Shown here one piece after another: positions 11,812 to 21,883 of a stretch of DNA of 64,000 nt. A model generated the notes under the pieces. The model made no database searches. It was not told where the DNA came from and saw only the letters and a program-made list of their open reading frames with translations. This DNA is from Candidatus Planktophila lacus (GTDB taxonomy: Bacteria > Pseudomonadota > Gammaproteobacteria > Steroidobacterales > Steroidobacteraceae), in contig CALQLF020000005.1 of the NCBI GenBank assembly GCA_943331345.2, positions 229 to 64,228 on the forward strand, in the 5' to 3' direction. Each line of letters begins with the position of its first letter. The first letter of the stretch is position 1. The position numbers and the translations under genes are program-made.

Positions 11812-12545
11812 TTCACGTTACCGGGTTGGCAAAGCGTTTCGGTACCGTCGAAGCCGTCCGTGATGTCAGCTTCACTGCACCGGATGGACGCATCACGGGA
11901 CTGCTCGGCCCGAACGGCGCCGGCAAGAGCACCACCTTGCGCTTGCTCTACGGCGCGCTCACTCCCGACCGCGGCGAAGCCCGTGTCGATGGCTTGCTGG
12001 CTGGCCCGGAGCACACCGAAGCCCGACGGCAACTGGGCGTGCTGCCGCATGGAGCGGGGCTTTATCCGCATCTGACAGCCCGCGAGAACATCCGCTACTT
12101 CGGCGAGCTGCACGGCATGTCCGGGGCCACGCTCGAGAAGCGCATCGACGAACTGGTCGCCATGCTCGAACTGGGCGAGGCGGCCAACCGCAAGACGCAA
12201 GGTTTCTCGCAAGGCCAGAAAGTGAAGGTAGGCATTGCCCGGGCCTTGGTCCATTCGCCGCGTAACCTCATTCTCGACGAACCCACCAATGGCCTCGACG
12301 TCATGGCCATTCGTTCCTTGCGTGAAGTGTTACGCGGACTGCGTGCCGCGGGGCATTGCATCTTGTTCAGCAGTCATGTCATGCAAGAAGTGGCCGCCCT
12401 CTGCGACGACGTGGTGATTATTGCTGGTGGCCGTGTCATTGCCTCCGGCACACCGGAGCAACTCCGCGAGCAAGCGGGAACCACGACCTTGGAAGATGCC
12501 TTCGTGAAACTGCTAGGCAGCGAAACCGCGGAGGTGCAGTCATGA
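11808..12545 (+). CDS. ABC transporter ATP-binding protein (ABC-2/NatA-like)
   Basis: The ATGA overlap with the upstream gene gives the start. It has Walker A GPNGAGKST, signature FSQGQK and Walker B LILDEP. Confidence 0.9.
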   Translation: MIHVTGLAKRFGTVEAVRDVSFTAPDGRITGLLGPNGAGKSTTLRLLYGALTPDRGEARVDGLLAGPEHTEARRQLGVLPHGAGLYPHLTARENIRYFGELHGMSGATLEKRIDELVAMLELGEAANRKTQGFSQGQKVKVGIARALVHSPRNLILDEPTNGLDVMAIRSLREVLRGLRAAGHCILFSSHVMQEVAALCDDVVIIAGGRVIASGTPEQLREQAGTTTLEDAFVKLLGSETAEVQS

Positions 12546-13720
12546 AGCCTTGGTGGATAGTGGTTCGCAAGGAGGTTCTCGAAAGCCTTCGTGACCGTCG
12601 CACTTTGTTGTCGGCACTGGTGATGGCACCGCTGTTCGGCCCACTGATGTTCAGCTTCAGCATGCAGACCATGTTGAAGCGCGGTCTTGACGAGCAGGAC
12701 AAGCCGCTGCAAGTAGCGGTGATGGGCAAGGAGCACGCACCTAATCTCGTGCATTGGCTGGAGTCACAAGGCCTGGAAGACGTTCCGGCGCCGAAAGACG
12801 TGGCCAGTATTCCGGCCGCGGTACGGGATGCGAAACCCCGACTGGTGCTGGTCATCGGGCCTGACTACGGCAAACGCTTCCGTGCCGCAAAGGCCGCTGG
12901 CGTTAAGGTCTACGTCGATTCCTCGGACCAAGATTCCCAACGCGATTTCCGTCGGCTGGACCAGTTGCTGCAGAATTATTCGAGCCAAACCTCGGCACTG
13001 CGGTTGGCCGCCCGCGGGGTAGACCCGGGCATTGCACAGCCTGTGATGCTGGATGAAATCGACGTGTCGACCCCGGCCTCGCGTGCACAGTCGCTGCTGG
13101 CCATTCTCAGTTACTTCCTGCTGTTCTCAACGCTCATCGGCGGCATGTATGTCGCCATCGACGCCACTGCCGGCGAAAGGGAACGGGGTTCACTCGAGCC
13201 CTTGGTTTCGTTACCGGTTTCGCGTGAAGCACTGGTAGCGGGAAAGTTTGTCGCCACAATGGCATTTTCGGGCGTGTCGTTGGTGTTGACGCTCGCGTCG
13301 TTCGCCATTTCGCTGCGTTTCGTTCCGTTGGAATCCATCGGCATGAGCGCGAACCTCGGGCCCAAGGTGCTGACAGGCGTGTTCCTTTCATTGCTGCCCT
13401 TCGTACCGTTAGCTGCTGCCCTGCTAACGCTGGTGGCTTCGTTCGCACGCAGTTTCCGTGAAGCGCAAAGCTGGATGACGGGCGCACTGTTGGTGCCCAC
13501 GCTGCCTATCATGGTAGCGGCCATGACCGGCATGAAGCCCACGGCGCTACTGATGGCTGTGCCGAGTCTTAGCCAACACTTCCTGATTGCGCGATTGCTA
13601 CGCGACGAAGCGGTGCCGTTGACGGACGGGCTGCTGTCTGCCGGCGGTTCACTGTTGCTGACCGGCGTGTTGCTGGTTTTCGTGGTGCGCCTGTGGCGCC
13701 GTGAAAAGCTGCTGGGCTAA
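12542..13720 (+). CDS. ABC-2 type transporter permease (NatB-like)
   Basis: The ATG at 12542 overlaps the ATPase stop. It has an N-terminal TM segment, a large loop and a C-terminal multi-TM region. Confidence 0.8.
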   Translation: MKPWWIVVRKEVLESLRDRRTLLSALVMAPLFGPLMFSFSMQTMLKRGLDEQDKPLQVAVMGKEHAPNLVHWLESQGLEDVPAPKDVASIPAAVRDAKPRLVLVIGPDYGKRFRAAKAAGVKVYVDSSDQDSQRDFRRLDQLLQNYSSQTSALRLAARGVDPGIAQPVMLDEIDVSTPASRAQSLLAILSYFLLFSTLIGGMYVAIDATAGERERGSLEPLVSLPVSREALVAGKFVATMAFSGVSLVLTLASFAISLRFVPLESIGMSANLGPKVLTGVFLSLLPFVPLAAALLTLVASFARSFREAQSWMTGALLVPTLPIMVAAMTGMKPTALLMAVPSLSQHFLIARLLRDEAVPLTDGLLSAGGSLLLTGVLLVFVVRLWRREKLLG

Positions 13721-14580
13721 AGGCCCAGCGCCGCCGCATGGTGGCGCAAATGCCGCGCCATGAAAGTGCTGATGAAGAAATAGCCGTGGTCGTAGCCTTC
13801 GCGCCACTGGAAATCCAGTGGCTGCCCGGCCGCGGTGCAAGCATCAATGAAGCGCTGCGACAGCAACTGGCCTTCGAGAAATTTGTCCGCGGTGCCTTGG
13901 TCTACCAACACCGTGCCAGCGAAGCGCTGCGTAGCCACCAGACGCGTGGCGTCGTGCTGCGCCCACACTGCGCGGTCTTCGCCCAAGTAGCCGGTGAAAG
14001 CCTTCTGGCCCCAGGGGCAGTCCATGGGCGCCGCGATGGGCGCGAACGCCGAGACGCTGCGGTAAAGCCCCGGGTGACGCAACGCGAGCGTAAGCGCGCC
14101 GTGTCCGCCCATCGAATGCCCGAACACGCTCTGCATAGCACCCGCCGCGTCCTGCTTTACAGGGAAGTGCGCGGCTAGTAGCGCCGGCAACTCCTGCGTC
14201 ACATAGCTTTCCATGGCGTAGTGGCGCGCCCAGGGTTGTTGGGTCGCGTCGAGATAGAAGCCAGCCGCCAACCCGAAGTCCCAAGCCGCATCGTCACCCG
14301 GTAGGCGTTCACGCGGACTGGTGTCGGGTGTCACGAGCATGATGCCGAGTTCAGCTGCCAACTGCTGGGCACTGGCCTTGATGGTGAAGGTCTCTTCGGT
14401 GCAGGTGAGCCCGGCCAGCCAGTACAACACCGGCACCGGGCCGTGCGCGGCCTGCGGCGGTAGAAATACGCCGAAACGCATCGACGCCTTGCAAGCCGTG
14501 GAAGCGTGCCGGTAATACCCCTGCGTGCCGCCGAAGCAGGCGTGCGTCGAGAGCGTCTCTAGCGAAATGGCAGCAGTCAT
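13717..14580 (-). CDS. fghA: S-formylglutathione hydrolase (esterase D)
   Basis: 287 aa. CFGGTQGYYRH, VLYWLAGLTCTEE and GHSMGGHGAL are hallmark motifs. Confidence 0.9.
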   Translation of the reverse strand: MTAAISLETLSTHACFGGTQGYYRHASTACKASMRFGVFLPPQAAHGPVPVLYWLAGLTCTEETFTIKASAQQLAAELGIMLVTPDTSPRERLPGDDAAWDFGLAAGFYLDATQQPWARHYAMESYVTQELPALLAAHFPVKQDAAGAMQSVFGHSMGGHGALTLALRHPGLYRSVSAFAPIAAPMDCPWGQKAFTGYLGEDRAVWAQHDATRLVATQRFAGTVLVDQGTADKFLEGQLLSQRFIDACTAAGQPLDFQWREGYDHGYFFISTFMARHLRHHAAALGL

Positions 14581-14672
14581 AGGGCGAATTCCAGTGTTGG
14601 ACGGCCAATGTACGGGGCCGAAGCGGGCAGCAGAGCGGCCATTTTGCCCGACGGCGAGGCCGCATGGCAGCT

Positions 14673-15455
14673 TCAGTTCGCCGTATGCACCAGACGAATA
14701 GCAGACAGCGAAACTAACGCCTCGGCCAACTCGGCTAGACCTTCTGCCGGAATTTCTGGCACGGTTTCAGAGCCGGAGTCTGACAAGAACAAGGTCTCGA
14801 GAACCTCGGCCAACGATTCACTGATTTCGCGACACCGAACGGCAGCATCAGCAGCACACCAGAGTACGTAGCAACGCGGCGCCGCCTCGAGTAACTCCGC
14901 CGAGAGCGCTGCCTCGTTGCCACTGGTAGCTTCCGCCACGGCATCGCGCAAACGGTCCACTGCATGTCGGCAACGCAGTACGGCCAGCCCCGGGGATGCC
15001 ACCAATGCCAGTTCGGGCGTTAGCTGCACGGCTGGGCCCGTTGCTTCGGGGTTCACCCACGCCACACGGTCGAGCGCCAGGTCGAACGCTGCCATGTCGC
15101 CAAGCCACGGGTAGGCAGCGCAAGCTGGCATGGCCGCGATGAAGGCGGGCAAGCCTTCGCCCCAACCCGAAAGCTGTGGTGCCGCAGGTGGGTTGGCCCG
15201 TGCGTAGGACTCTGCCAAGGTGTTGAAGAACCCTTCACCCACCAAGGCCACCACCGTCGGCACACGCTGAGCCAGCGCCGAGCGTAAGGCGGAATGCACG
15301 CAGGCTGCGTGTACCGCCAGTGCAGCCTCCACCGGGACTGGTGAGTTCTTCAAGTGCGGCAGCAAGCGTGCAGCAGCATCCGCCGTTCCATGTAACGCGA
15401 ACTCGCTCAAATCCGACTGCCATTGCGGCAACGACAGGGGTGGTACGGAAATCAT
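14673..15455 (-). CDS. bufC: DUF2063 family protein, partner of the DUF692 enzyme (BufC/HvfC-like)
   Basis: 260 aa. Its start overlaps the stop of the DUF692 gene by 4 nt. The N-terminal pattern (LSEFALHG...) and its genomic context are typical of DUF2063. Confidence 0.7.
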   Translation of the reverse strand: MISVPPLSLPQWQSDLSEFALHGTADAAARLLPHLKNSPVPVEAALAVHAACVHSALRSALAQRVPTVVALVGEGFFNTLAESYARANPPAAPQLSGWGEGLPAFIAAMPACAAYPWLGDMAAFDLALDRVAWVNPEATGPAVQLTPELALVASPGLAVLRCRHAVDRLRDAVAEATSGNEAALSAELLEAAPRCYVLWCAADAAVRCREISESLAEVLETLFLSDSGSETVPEIPAEGLAELAEALVSLSAIRLVHTAN

Positions 15456-16348
15456 CCGGGCACCGGCCTATGAAACGCCAGAGGTAGCCCTTCCAGCATT
15501 GGGCCATGCAGGGCAATCAGCACTGCGTCCGCCTGCAGGGCTTCAGCTGCCAGCACCTGCCATTCTGGCAAGTGGTTGTCCCACTCCACCAATGTTGGCA
15601 CTCTGCCGAGGACCTGCACGGTCTCACGGTAAAGTGCCCAGACGGCATCGCCAACCTTCGAGCCGTGGTCATCCAGCAGCAACCGTTGACCGGAGTCGAG
15701 GTGACGCGTGGTGTGGCCCGCCAGATGGATCTCGCCGATGGCCTCGCGCGGTAGTCTGTCGAGAAGCGACTTCAGTAGCGCGGCTGGATCTTGCCCCGTG
15801 TTCGTGGCGGTGACGTAGACGTTGTTGATATCCAGCAGCACGCCACAGCCCGTGCGCTTTACCAGCGCCGCCAGAAATTCCGGCTCGTCAAAATCCTGCG
15901 CGGCGGGCGCGAGATAGACGGAAGGGTTCTCAATCAACAGTTGTCGCCCAAGTGCGTGCTGGACTGCATCGACATTCTTCACCACGACCTCGAGGGCTTC
16001 CTCGGTATAGGGCAGTGGAAAAAGATCAGGCAGGTAGTGGCCGTTCGCCACACTGAAACTCAAGTGATCAGAAACAAGCCCGGGTTCGAGTTCGTCGATG
16101 AGCGCGCGGAGGCGCTGCAAGGAATCGCGGGAGACCCCCGCCACACTACCCAGCGACAAGCCGACGGCATGCAGGGAAATAGGAAGGTGTTCACGGGCAC
16201 GGCGCAGATGAACGCGTGCGCCTGGGTCTAGCAGGTAGTTTTCCGGGTGGACCTCAAGCCAACTCACCCCCGGAGTGGGCTGTAGCGCCACTCCGTGGTG
16301 AGGAAACCGCAGGCCGACGCCCGCGGCGGCCGGAATGCGGCTGAACAA
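15452..16348 (-). CDS. bufB: DUF692 multinuclear non-heme iron oxidative enzyme (MNIO; MbnB/BufB-like)
   Basis: 298 aa. It has GVGLRFPHH, WLEVHPENYL, and the later HLAGH and VEWDN motifs typical of DUF692 TIM-barrel enzymes. Confidence 0.85.
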   Translation of the reverse strand: MFSRIPAAAGVGLRFPHHGVALQPTPGVSWLEVHPENYLLDPGARVHLRRAREHLPISLHAVGLSLGSVAGVSRDSLQRLRALIDELEPGLVSDHLSFSVANGHYLPDLFPLPYTEEALEVVVKNVDAVQHALGRQLLIENPSVYLAPAAQDFDEPEFLAALVKRTGCGVLLDINNVYVTATNTGQDPAALLKSLLDRLPREAIGEIHLAGHTTRHLDSGQRLLLDDHGSKVGDAVWALYRETVQVLGRVPTLVEWDNHLPEWQVLAAEALQADAVLIALHGPMLEGLPLAFHRPVPG

Positions 16349-16360
16349 CGCCGTGGCGTA

Positions 16361-16624
16361 TTACTTGGCGGGGGCGGTGGTAGAGCCGCCCGCGAGCTTG
16401 GCACACAAGCCGGCCGGAACCTTGACCCACTCGCTCGGCAGGCTGTCCTTGGCTGCCTGGTTGGCGCAGGTGTGGGCGCTGTTGCCGCAGTCGTTCTTGG
16501 CCGCCTTGGCCACGCCATAGCACTTCTCGGTCGCCGGCTTGGCATCCTCGGCATGCACCGGCGCCACTAGGGCAGCGAGGGTTACAGCGCCCAGTAGGGC
16601 GGAAAGGGCAGTCTTCTTGCTCAT
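16361..16624 (-). CDS. bufA: DUF2282 secreted Cys-containing RiPP precursor (bufferin-like)
   Basis: 87 aa from the ATG at 16624, with GAAGGA about 10 nt upstream. Sec signal MSKKTALSALLGAVTLAALVAPVHA. The core has EKCYGVAKAAKNDC...HTC...VPAGLC (4 Cys). It ends 12 nt upstream of bufB. Confidence 0.8.
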   Translation of the reverse strand: MSKKTALSALLGAVTLAALVAPVHAEDAKPATEKCYGVAKAAKNDCGNSAHTCANQAAKDSLPSEWVKVPAGLCAKLAGGSTTAPAK

Positions 16625-16833
16625 GGGGGGCATCCTTCAAGTAGGGCCCGGAACAAGCCCGGGCAGGGTCTGTCGATAGACCGAAATGCTAGCACGCAGT
16701 TCCCTAGCGCCTACGGGCACTAGGTCACAGTCGGCCATAGCCTGCCCCGGCCAGTAGGCAGTGCCCCAGAGCCACTCGGCAATCTGCGGGCGCTGCTACC
16801 ATAGCCGCAACCAGTCATTTTCCGGGTGTTTTC

Positions 16834-17556
16834 ATGGGTCGTATTTTTGAAGTCCGCAAGCATGCGATGTTCGCGCGGTGGAACCGCATGGCGAAGCAGT
16901 TCGCCCGCGTCGCCAAGGACATCAGCATTGCCGTCCGCGCCGGTGGCGACGACCCCAATGGCAACCCCGCCCTGCGCCGCTGCATCCAGAACGCCCGCGC
17001 CTTCAACATGCCGAAGGACAAGGTGGAGGCGGCCATCCGCCGCGCCGCCGGCAAGGAAGCGGTGGACTACCAGGAAATTGTCTACGAAGGCTACGCGCCC
17101 CATGGCATTGCGCTGCTGGTGGACACCGCCACGGACAACCCCACGCGTACCGTGGGCAGCTTGCGCAACATCTTCAGCAAGAACGGCGGCAATCTCGCCA
17201 ACAGCGGCAGCGTGTCGTTTCTGTTCCGCAAGATGGGCGTGTTCCGCCTCGCGCCCGAGAACATCGACCAGGACGACCTCGAGCTCTACCTGATGGACCA
17301 CGGGCTCGACGAGATGGGCGAAAGCACCGGCGAGAAGGGCGAACCGCAAATCGTCATCCGCTGCGCCTTCAGCGATTTCGGCCAACTGCAGCTGGCGCTG
17401 GAACAGCGTGGCATCACGCCCATTTCAGCGGAACACGAATACATTCCGTCCACGCCCATGGAGCTGGGTGAAGACGAGGCCAAGGAAGTGCTCGAGCTCA
17501 TCGACAAGCTCGAGCAGGACGACGACGTGCAGAAGGTGTACCACACGCTCGCGTAA
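16834..17556 (+). CDS. YebC/PmpR family DNA-binding transcriptional regulator
   Basis: 240 aa. [28 protein letters not shown] and [14 protein letters not shown] are typical of the YebC/TACO1 family. Confidence 0.9.
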   Translation: MGRIFEVRKHAMFARWNRMAKQFARVAKDISIAVRAGGDDPNGNPALRRCIQNARAFNMPKDKVEAAIRRAAGKEAVDYQEIVYEGYAPHGIALLVDTATDNPTRTVGSLRNIFSKNGGNLANSGSVSFLFRKMGVFRLAPENIDQDDLELYLMDHGLDEMGESTGEKGEPQIVIRCAFSDFGQLQLALEQRGITPISAEHEYIPSTPMELGEDEAKEVLELIDKLEQDDDVQKVYHTLA

Positions 17557-17557
17557 T

Positions 17558-17580
17558 GTCGCGAGCAAGCTCGCTCCCAC
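17558..17580. repeat. REP-type palindromic element (GTCGCGAGCAAGCTCGCTCCCAC)
   Basis: Reverse orientation of the 5078 element. It lies in the convergent gap between the yebC-family gene and the RND gene. Confidence 0.85.
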
Positions 17581-17582
17581 AA

Positions 17583-20500
17583 CTACGCAGTTGGCTGCAC
17601 ACCCCGGCTGAAGCGCTTGCGCAACGAGCGGAACAGAATGGCGATGTCGTCCACATAGGTGTACACCGCCGGTACCACCACCAAGCTGAGCACGGTGGAG
17701 GTAACCAAGCCACCCAGCACCGCAATGCCCATGGGCGCTCGGAAGGTGCTGTCTACGCCGAAGCCGAGAGCGATGGGCAACATGCCGGCGCCCATGGCGA
17801 ACGAGGTCATCACGATAGGCCGAGCACGCTTTTGGCAAGCGTCGATGATGGCTTCCGAACGGCTCATTCCATGGTCGTGCCGCGCCACGATGGCGTACTC
17901 CACGAGCAAGATGGAGTTCTTCGTGGCAATGCCCATCAGCATCAGCAGACCAATCAACGCCGGCATCGAGAGCGCAGTTCCTGTCAGTACCAATCCGCCA
18001 AAGGCACCACCAATAGACAGCGGTAGCGCCGCCAGGATGGTGATGGGTTGCAGGAAGTCGTGGAACAGCAGCACGAGGATGGCGTAGACAAATAGCACGC
18101 CGGCGAACATGGCCAAGGCAAAGCTCACCATCAGCTCGCCGAGAATTTCGGCATCACCCGCCGGCAATTCACGCACGCCTGGCGGCAAATTTCGCAAGGC
18201 CGGCAATTTACGAATCTCTTTAAGTACCGTACCGATAGGAGCACCGCCCAACTCGCCGGAAATGATGATGTTGCGGCTGCGATCGAATCGCTGTACCTCA
18301 GCAGGGCCGCTGCCTTCGGTGACCGTCGCCACTACGCCAAGCGGCACTGGGCCGGCCGCTGCTGGGACACGCAACTGGCGCAACGTCTCCAAATCGCCAC
18401 GCGATGACAACGGCAGCGTTACGCGAATGGGAATCTGTCGATCCGGCAAATCGAACTTCGCCAGCGCCACCGAAAAGTCACCAGCAGTCGCCACCCGCGT
18501 GACATCGCCCAGCGCCATGGTGTCCACGCCGAAGCGCGCGGTCAGTTCAGGGTCCGGCCGCACCTGAATCTCGGGGCGCCGCAAACTGGCGGAGGATTTC
18601 AGGTTATTCAGCGTGCCAAGCACACGCACTTGTTCTTCAACATCCGTGGCAGCCTGATCCAGCGCCACCGGATCATCACCTGCCAGCAAGATCTGCAGTA
18701 TTTCCCCTGGCTCGCCCGTACTCAGCGAGGAGCGAACGCCGGGCAGTGCCTGCAGTTCATGGCGGATGTCTTTTTCTATAGCGAGCTGCGACCGACTACG
18801 CGTGGACTCCAAACCAAAATCTACCAGCAGCGTAGCGCGACGGACATCGGCGGCTTGGCTATTGGCGTAGTCGCCAGCCACCGCCGAACCAATCGCCGCA
18901 TAGACGCTGCGTACCTCCGGCACCCGTTTTACGGCTAAGCGCACGGACTCGGCGGCACGAGTAGTGTCTTCCAATGAACTGCCAGGCGGCAATTCGATGC
19001 TGAGCGAAGTGCGGCCTTTGTCGGCCGCCGGCATAAAGGCTGAAGGTAGCAAGCCGGCCAATGCCAGTGAAGCCACGAAGAAAACAGCCGAGGCAATGAC
19101 CGTGATGCGCCGATGCTGAAGCGCTTTGCGCACCAAATGGATGTACCAGAGTTCGATCTTGGTTTCCTGGCGTTGCTCCACATGGGGTGTGAGCAGGTAG
19201 GCCGCCATCATCGGGGTAAGCAAACGCGCCACAAGCAACGACACCAGCACGGCAACCGCGGCTGTCCAGCCGAATTCCCGGAAATACTTGCCGGGGATGC
19301 CCGCCATAAACACGGTGGGCACAAACACAGCCACCAAAGTGAGCGAAGTGGCAATGACCGCCAAACCAATTTCGTCTGCAGCCTCGAGCGCCGCCTTGAA
19401 CGGCGTCTTGCCCATGCGCAAATGGCGTTCGATGTTCTCCACTTCGACGATGGCATCGTCTACCAGAATGCCGACCACCAATGCCAAAGCCAGCAGCGAA
19501 GAGGCATTCAGCGTGAAGCCCAAGAGCCACATGGCGCCAAAAGCGGGGATGATGGAGAGCGGCAATGCGAGTGCCGACACCAATGTTGAGCGCCAATCCC
19601 GCAGGAACCACCACACCACCAACACCGCCAGCAGTGCACCTTCCCACAGCGCGTCCATGGAAGCGTGATACGAGCCCTGCACCTGGTCGGTGGTGTTCGC
19701 GACCTCTCGAAACTTCACATCAGGATGCGCAGCCTGCAGCTCGGCGATTCGTGCTCGCGCGCCATTACCAACACCCACTTCACCCGTACCTCGGGTGCGG
19801 AAGACTTCAAGGCCAACAATAGGCTTGCCGTCGAGCAAGGTAATGGCACGACGCTCGGCATACGTGTCGGTTACTGTCGCCAAACTGTCAATACGCGCCG
19901 TACTACCGTTCGGCAGGACGACGCGCAGAGCGGCCAATTCTTCGACGCTACCCGTGATTCCAATGGTGCGTACGGACTGCTCACCTTTACCCAAAGTGGC
20001 GCGGCCACCAGGAACCTCTCGCTGCATGCGCTGCAGTGCTCGCGATACATCCGCGGCGCTAGCCCCCAGCGCAGCCAGGCGCACAGGGTCTATCTCAACT
20101 CGAACTTCGCGGTCGACGCCGCCCACGCGACCCACCCGAGCCACGCCTTGCACACCGAGCAACTGCTTGGCGACCGTACCGTCGATGAACCAGGAGAGCT
20201 CGCGCTCGTCTAACTGAGGTGCTTCCACGGCATAGGTAAGGATAGCCGCACCGGCCACGTTCATGCGGGACACCACCGGCTCGGTGATGTCGCGCGGCAA
20301 TTGATCACGAACACGAGTTACGGCGTCGCGAGTATCGTCTACCGCCTGAGTGGTTTTTGTCTCGAGTTCAAACTCCACCGTGGTGGTCGACAGACCATCA
20401 CCGACGACAGAGCGAATGTGCCGCACACCTTCAATACTGGCGATAGAGTCTTCAACCTTGCGCGTCACTTCAGCTTCCAGTTGCGAAGGGGAAGCGCCCG

Positions 20501-20735
20501 GCAAAGCGATGGAGACAATAACGGCAGGCAGATCGATATTGGGCATGTCGCGGACGTCGAGCCGCTGGAAACCCATGAAACCGATCAAGCATAGGAATAC
20601 AAATATCAGGACGGCAGGAACCGGCGAATGGATGGCCCACCCAGAAAGGTTCCAGCTCCCGCTACTGCCCCACTTCGCTTCGGCCTCAGCCGCCGCGGTG
20701 GACGCGACGTCATTCGCTGGTTGGTGGTCGCTCAC
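17583..20735 (-). CDS. efflux RND transporter permease subunit
   Basis: 1050 aa with AcrB-type architecture: 12 TM segments and two large periplasmic loops. Confidence 0.95.
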   Translation of the reverse strand: MSDHQPANDVASTAAAEAEAKWGSSGSWNLSGWAIHSPVPAVLIFVFLCLIGFMGFQRLDVRDMPNIDLPAVIVSIALPGASPSQLEAEVTRKVEDSIASIEGVRHIRSVVGDGLSTTTVEFELETKTTQAVDDTRDAVTRVRDQLPRDITEPVVSRMNVAGAAILTYAVEAPQLDERELSWFIDGTVAKQLLGVQGVARVGRVGGVDREVRVEIDPVRLAALGASAADVSRALQRMQREVPGGRATLGKGEQSVRTIGITGSVEELAALRVVLPNGSTARIDSLATVTDTYAERRAITLLDGKPIVGLEVFRTRGTGEVGVGNGARARIAELQAAHPDVKFREVANTTDQVQGSYHASMDALWEGALLAVLVVWWFLRDWRSTLVSALALPLSIIPAFGAMWLLGFTLNASSLLALALVVGILVDDAIVEVENIERHLRMGKTPFKAALEAADEIGLAVIATSLTLVAVFVPTVFMAGIPGKYFREFGWTAAVAVLVSLLVARLLTPMMAAYLLTPHVEQRQETKIELWYIHLVRKALQHRRITVIASAVFFVASLALAGLLPSAFMPAADKGRTSLSIELPPGSSLEDTTRAAESVRLAVKRVPEVRSVYAAIGSAVAGDYANSQAADVRRATLLVDFGLESTRSRSQLAIEKDIRHELQALPGVRSSLSTGEPGEILQILLAGDDPVALDQAATDVEEQVRVLGTLNNLKSSASLRRPEIQVRPDPELTARFGVDTMALGDVTRVATAGDFSVALAKFDLPDRQIPIRVTLPLSSRGDLETLRQLRVPAAAGPVPLGVVATVTEGSGPAEVQRFDRSRNIIISGELGGAPIGTVLKEIRKLPALRNLPPGVRELPAGDAEILGELMVSFALAMFAGVLFVYAILVLLFHDFLQPITILAALPLSIGGAFGGLVLTGTALSMPALIGLLMLMGIATKNSILLVEYAIVARHDHGMSRSEAIIDACQKRARPIVMTSFAMGAGMLPIALGFGVDSTFRAPMGIAVLGGLVTSTVLSLVVVPAVYTYVDDIAILFRSLRKRFSRGVQPTA

Positions 20736-21883
20736 TTGGCGCGGCCTCCAGCGGTAACGACGCGAACCTTGTCGCCATCGTTCAGGAAGCCTGCCCCGTC
20801 ATTGGCGACACGCGCACCCGCGGCAAGGCCACTGGTGATTTCGATGCGGTCACCAACGCGGCGACCCGTGCTGACCCGCAGACGACGCACGCGGTCCCCC
20901 GACTGGAGTACATACACATAGCCGAAGCCGTCGCGCATCACCACGGCGGCCTGCGGCAGCGTCAGGGCTGCACTCTCGCCCAACAGCAAGCGGCCGGTGG
21001 CAAACGTGCCGGCCGCCGTTTTGGCGGCAGCGCCGGGCAAGTCGATGTAGGCGATGGCCGTGCGGCTGCGCGAGTTCACCTGCGGCGACACCGAACGAAT
21101 GGTGCCCGTGAGCTGCACGCCCTGCGCCGTGCGCAGTTGGGCCTTGCCGCCGCGCTTCACGCGCGACAGTTCCGCTTCCGCCACTTCCGCGCGCCATTCC
21201 AGGCGTTCTTGGCGAATGAGGCGGAACAACTCGGTGCCTGCAGGCACCACGGCACCCATGGCCGCATTGCGGGCGGAAATAACACCCGCATCCGGCGCCA
21301 CTACCGCCGCCTTGCGGAGCATGAGTGCTGCCGCATCGCGACGCGCACGCGCGCTCTTGGCTTGTGCCGCGGCACTGCTGGCCGCTGCTGCGTACTGGTC
21401 TTGTTCCTGCGGCGACAAGGCGCCGCTCTCGCGCACCGTAGCGGCGCGGTCGGCGTTGGCACGGGCCTGCGCTTCCCGTGCCTTGGCTTCATCAAGCGCG
21501 GCTTCGGCTTGCGCCAGGTCGGCCGCCAGGAATTCATCCGCGAAACGCGCCAGGACTTGGCCTTTTTGCACGCGGTCCCCGACGTTGACTAGCAAGCTGG
21601 CTATGCGCTGGCCATTCACTTCGGCGCCGACAATGGCTTCGCCCCAAGGCTCGATGCTGCCACTCGCGGCCAGCGAGATAGGCCACTGTTCCTGCGTCGC
21701 CGTCGTGGTCGTCACCGTCATGGACGGGGCCCCGCCTTTGGCAGGTTCGTCTGCTGCCGGGGCAGAGGTAAAAAACGCAACCCCCAGCACGAGACCGACC
21801 AAGGCGGTACTGCCAGCCAACGTGGTGACGTGGCTACGCGAGCGGAAGTAAGTGTTCATGTTGCCTGCGTTCATCTGCTTCAT
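20732..21883 (-). CDS. efflux RND transporter periplasmic adaptor (MFP)
   Basis: The start is taken at the ATG at 21883, which forms an ATGA overlap with the OMF stop. It has a coiled-coil Ala-rich hairpin plus beta-barrel regions. Its end overlaps the RND gene start. Confidence 0.85.
   Translation of the reverse strand: MKQMNAGNMNTYFRSRSHVTTLAGSTALVGLVLGVAFFTSAPAADEPAKGGAPSMTVTTTTATQEQWPISLAASGSIEPWGEAIVGAEVNGQRIASLLVNVGDRVQKGQVLARFADEFLAADLAQAEAALDEAKAREAQARANADRAATVRESGALSPQEQDQYAAAASSAAAQAKSARARRDAAALMLRKAAVVAPDAGVISARNAAMGAVVPAGTELFRLIRQERLEWRAEVAEAELSRVKRGGKAQLRTAQGVQLTGTIRSVSPQVNSRSRTAIAYIDLPGAAAKTAAGTFATGRLLLGESAALTLPQAAVVMRDGFGYVYVLQSGDRVRRLRVSTGRRVGDRIEITSGLAAGARVANDGAGFLNDGDKVRVVTAGGRAK

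Noticed and set aside
16644-16682. GC-only 6-bp hairpin (GCCCGG-N7-CCGGGC, 16646-16664) and inverted repeat GGTCT-N6-AGACC (16667-16682) in the bufA leader/promoter region.
   Set aside because: They are too short to distinguish from chance in about 65% G+C DNA, and there is no recognisable riboswitch or known operator pattern.
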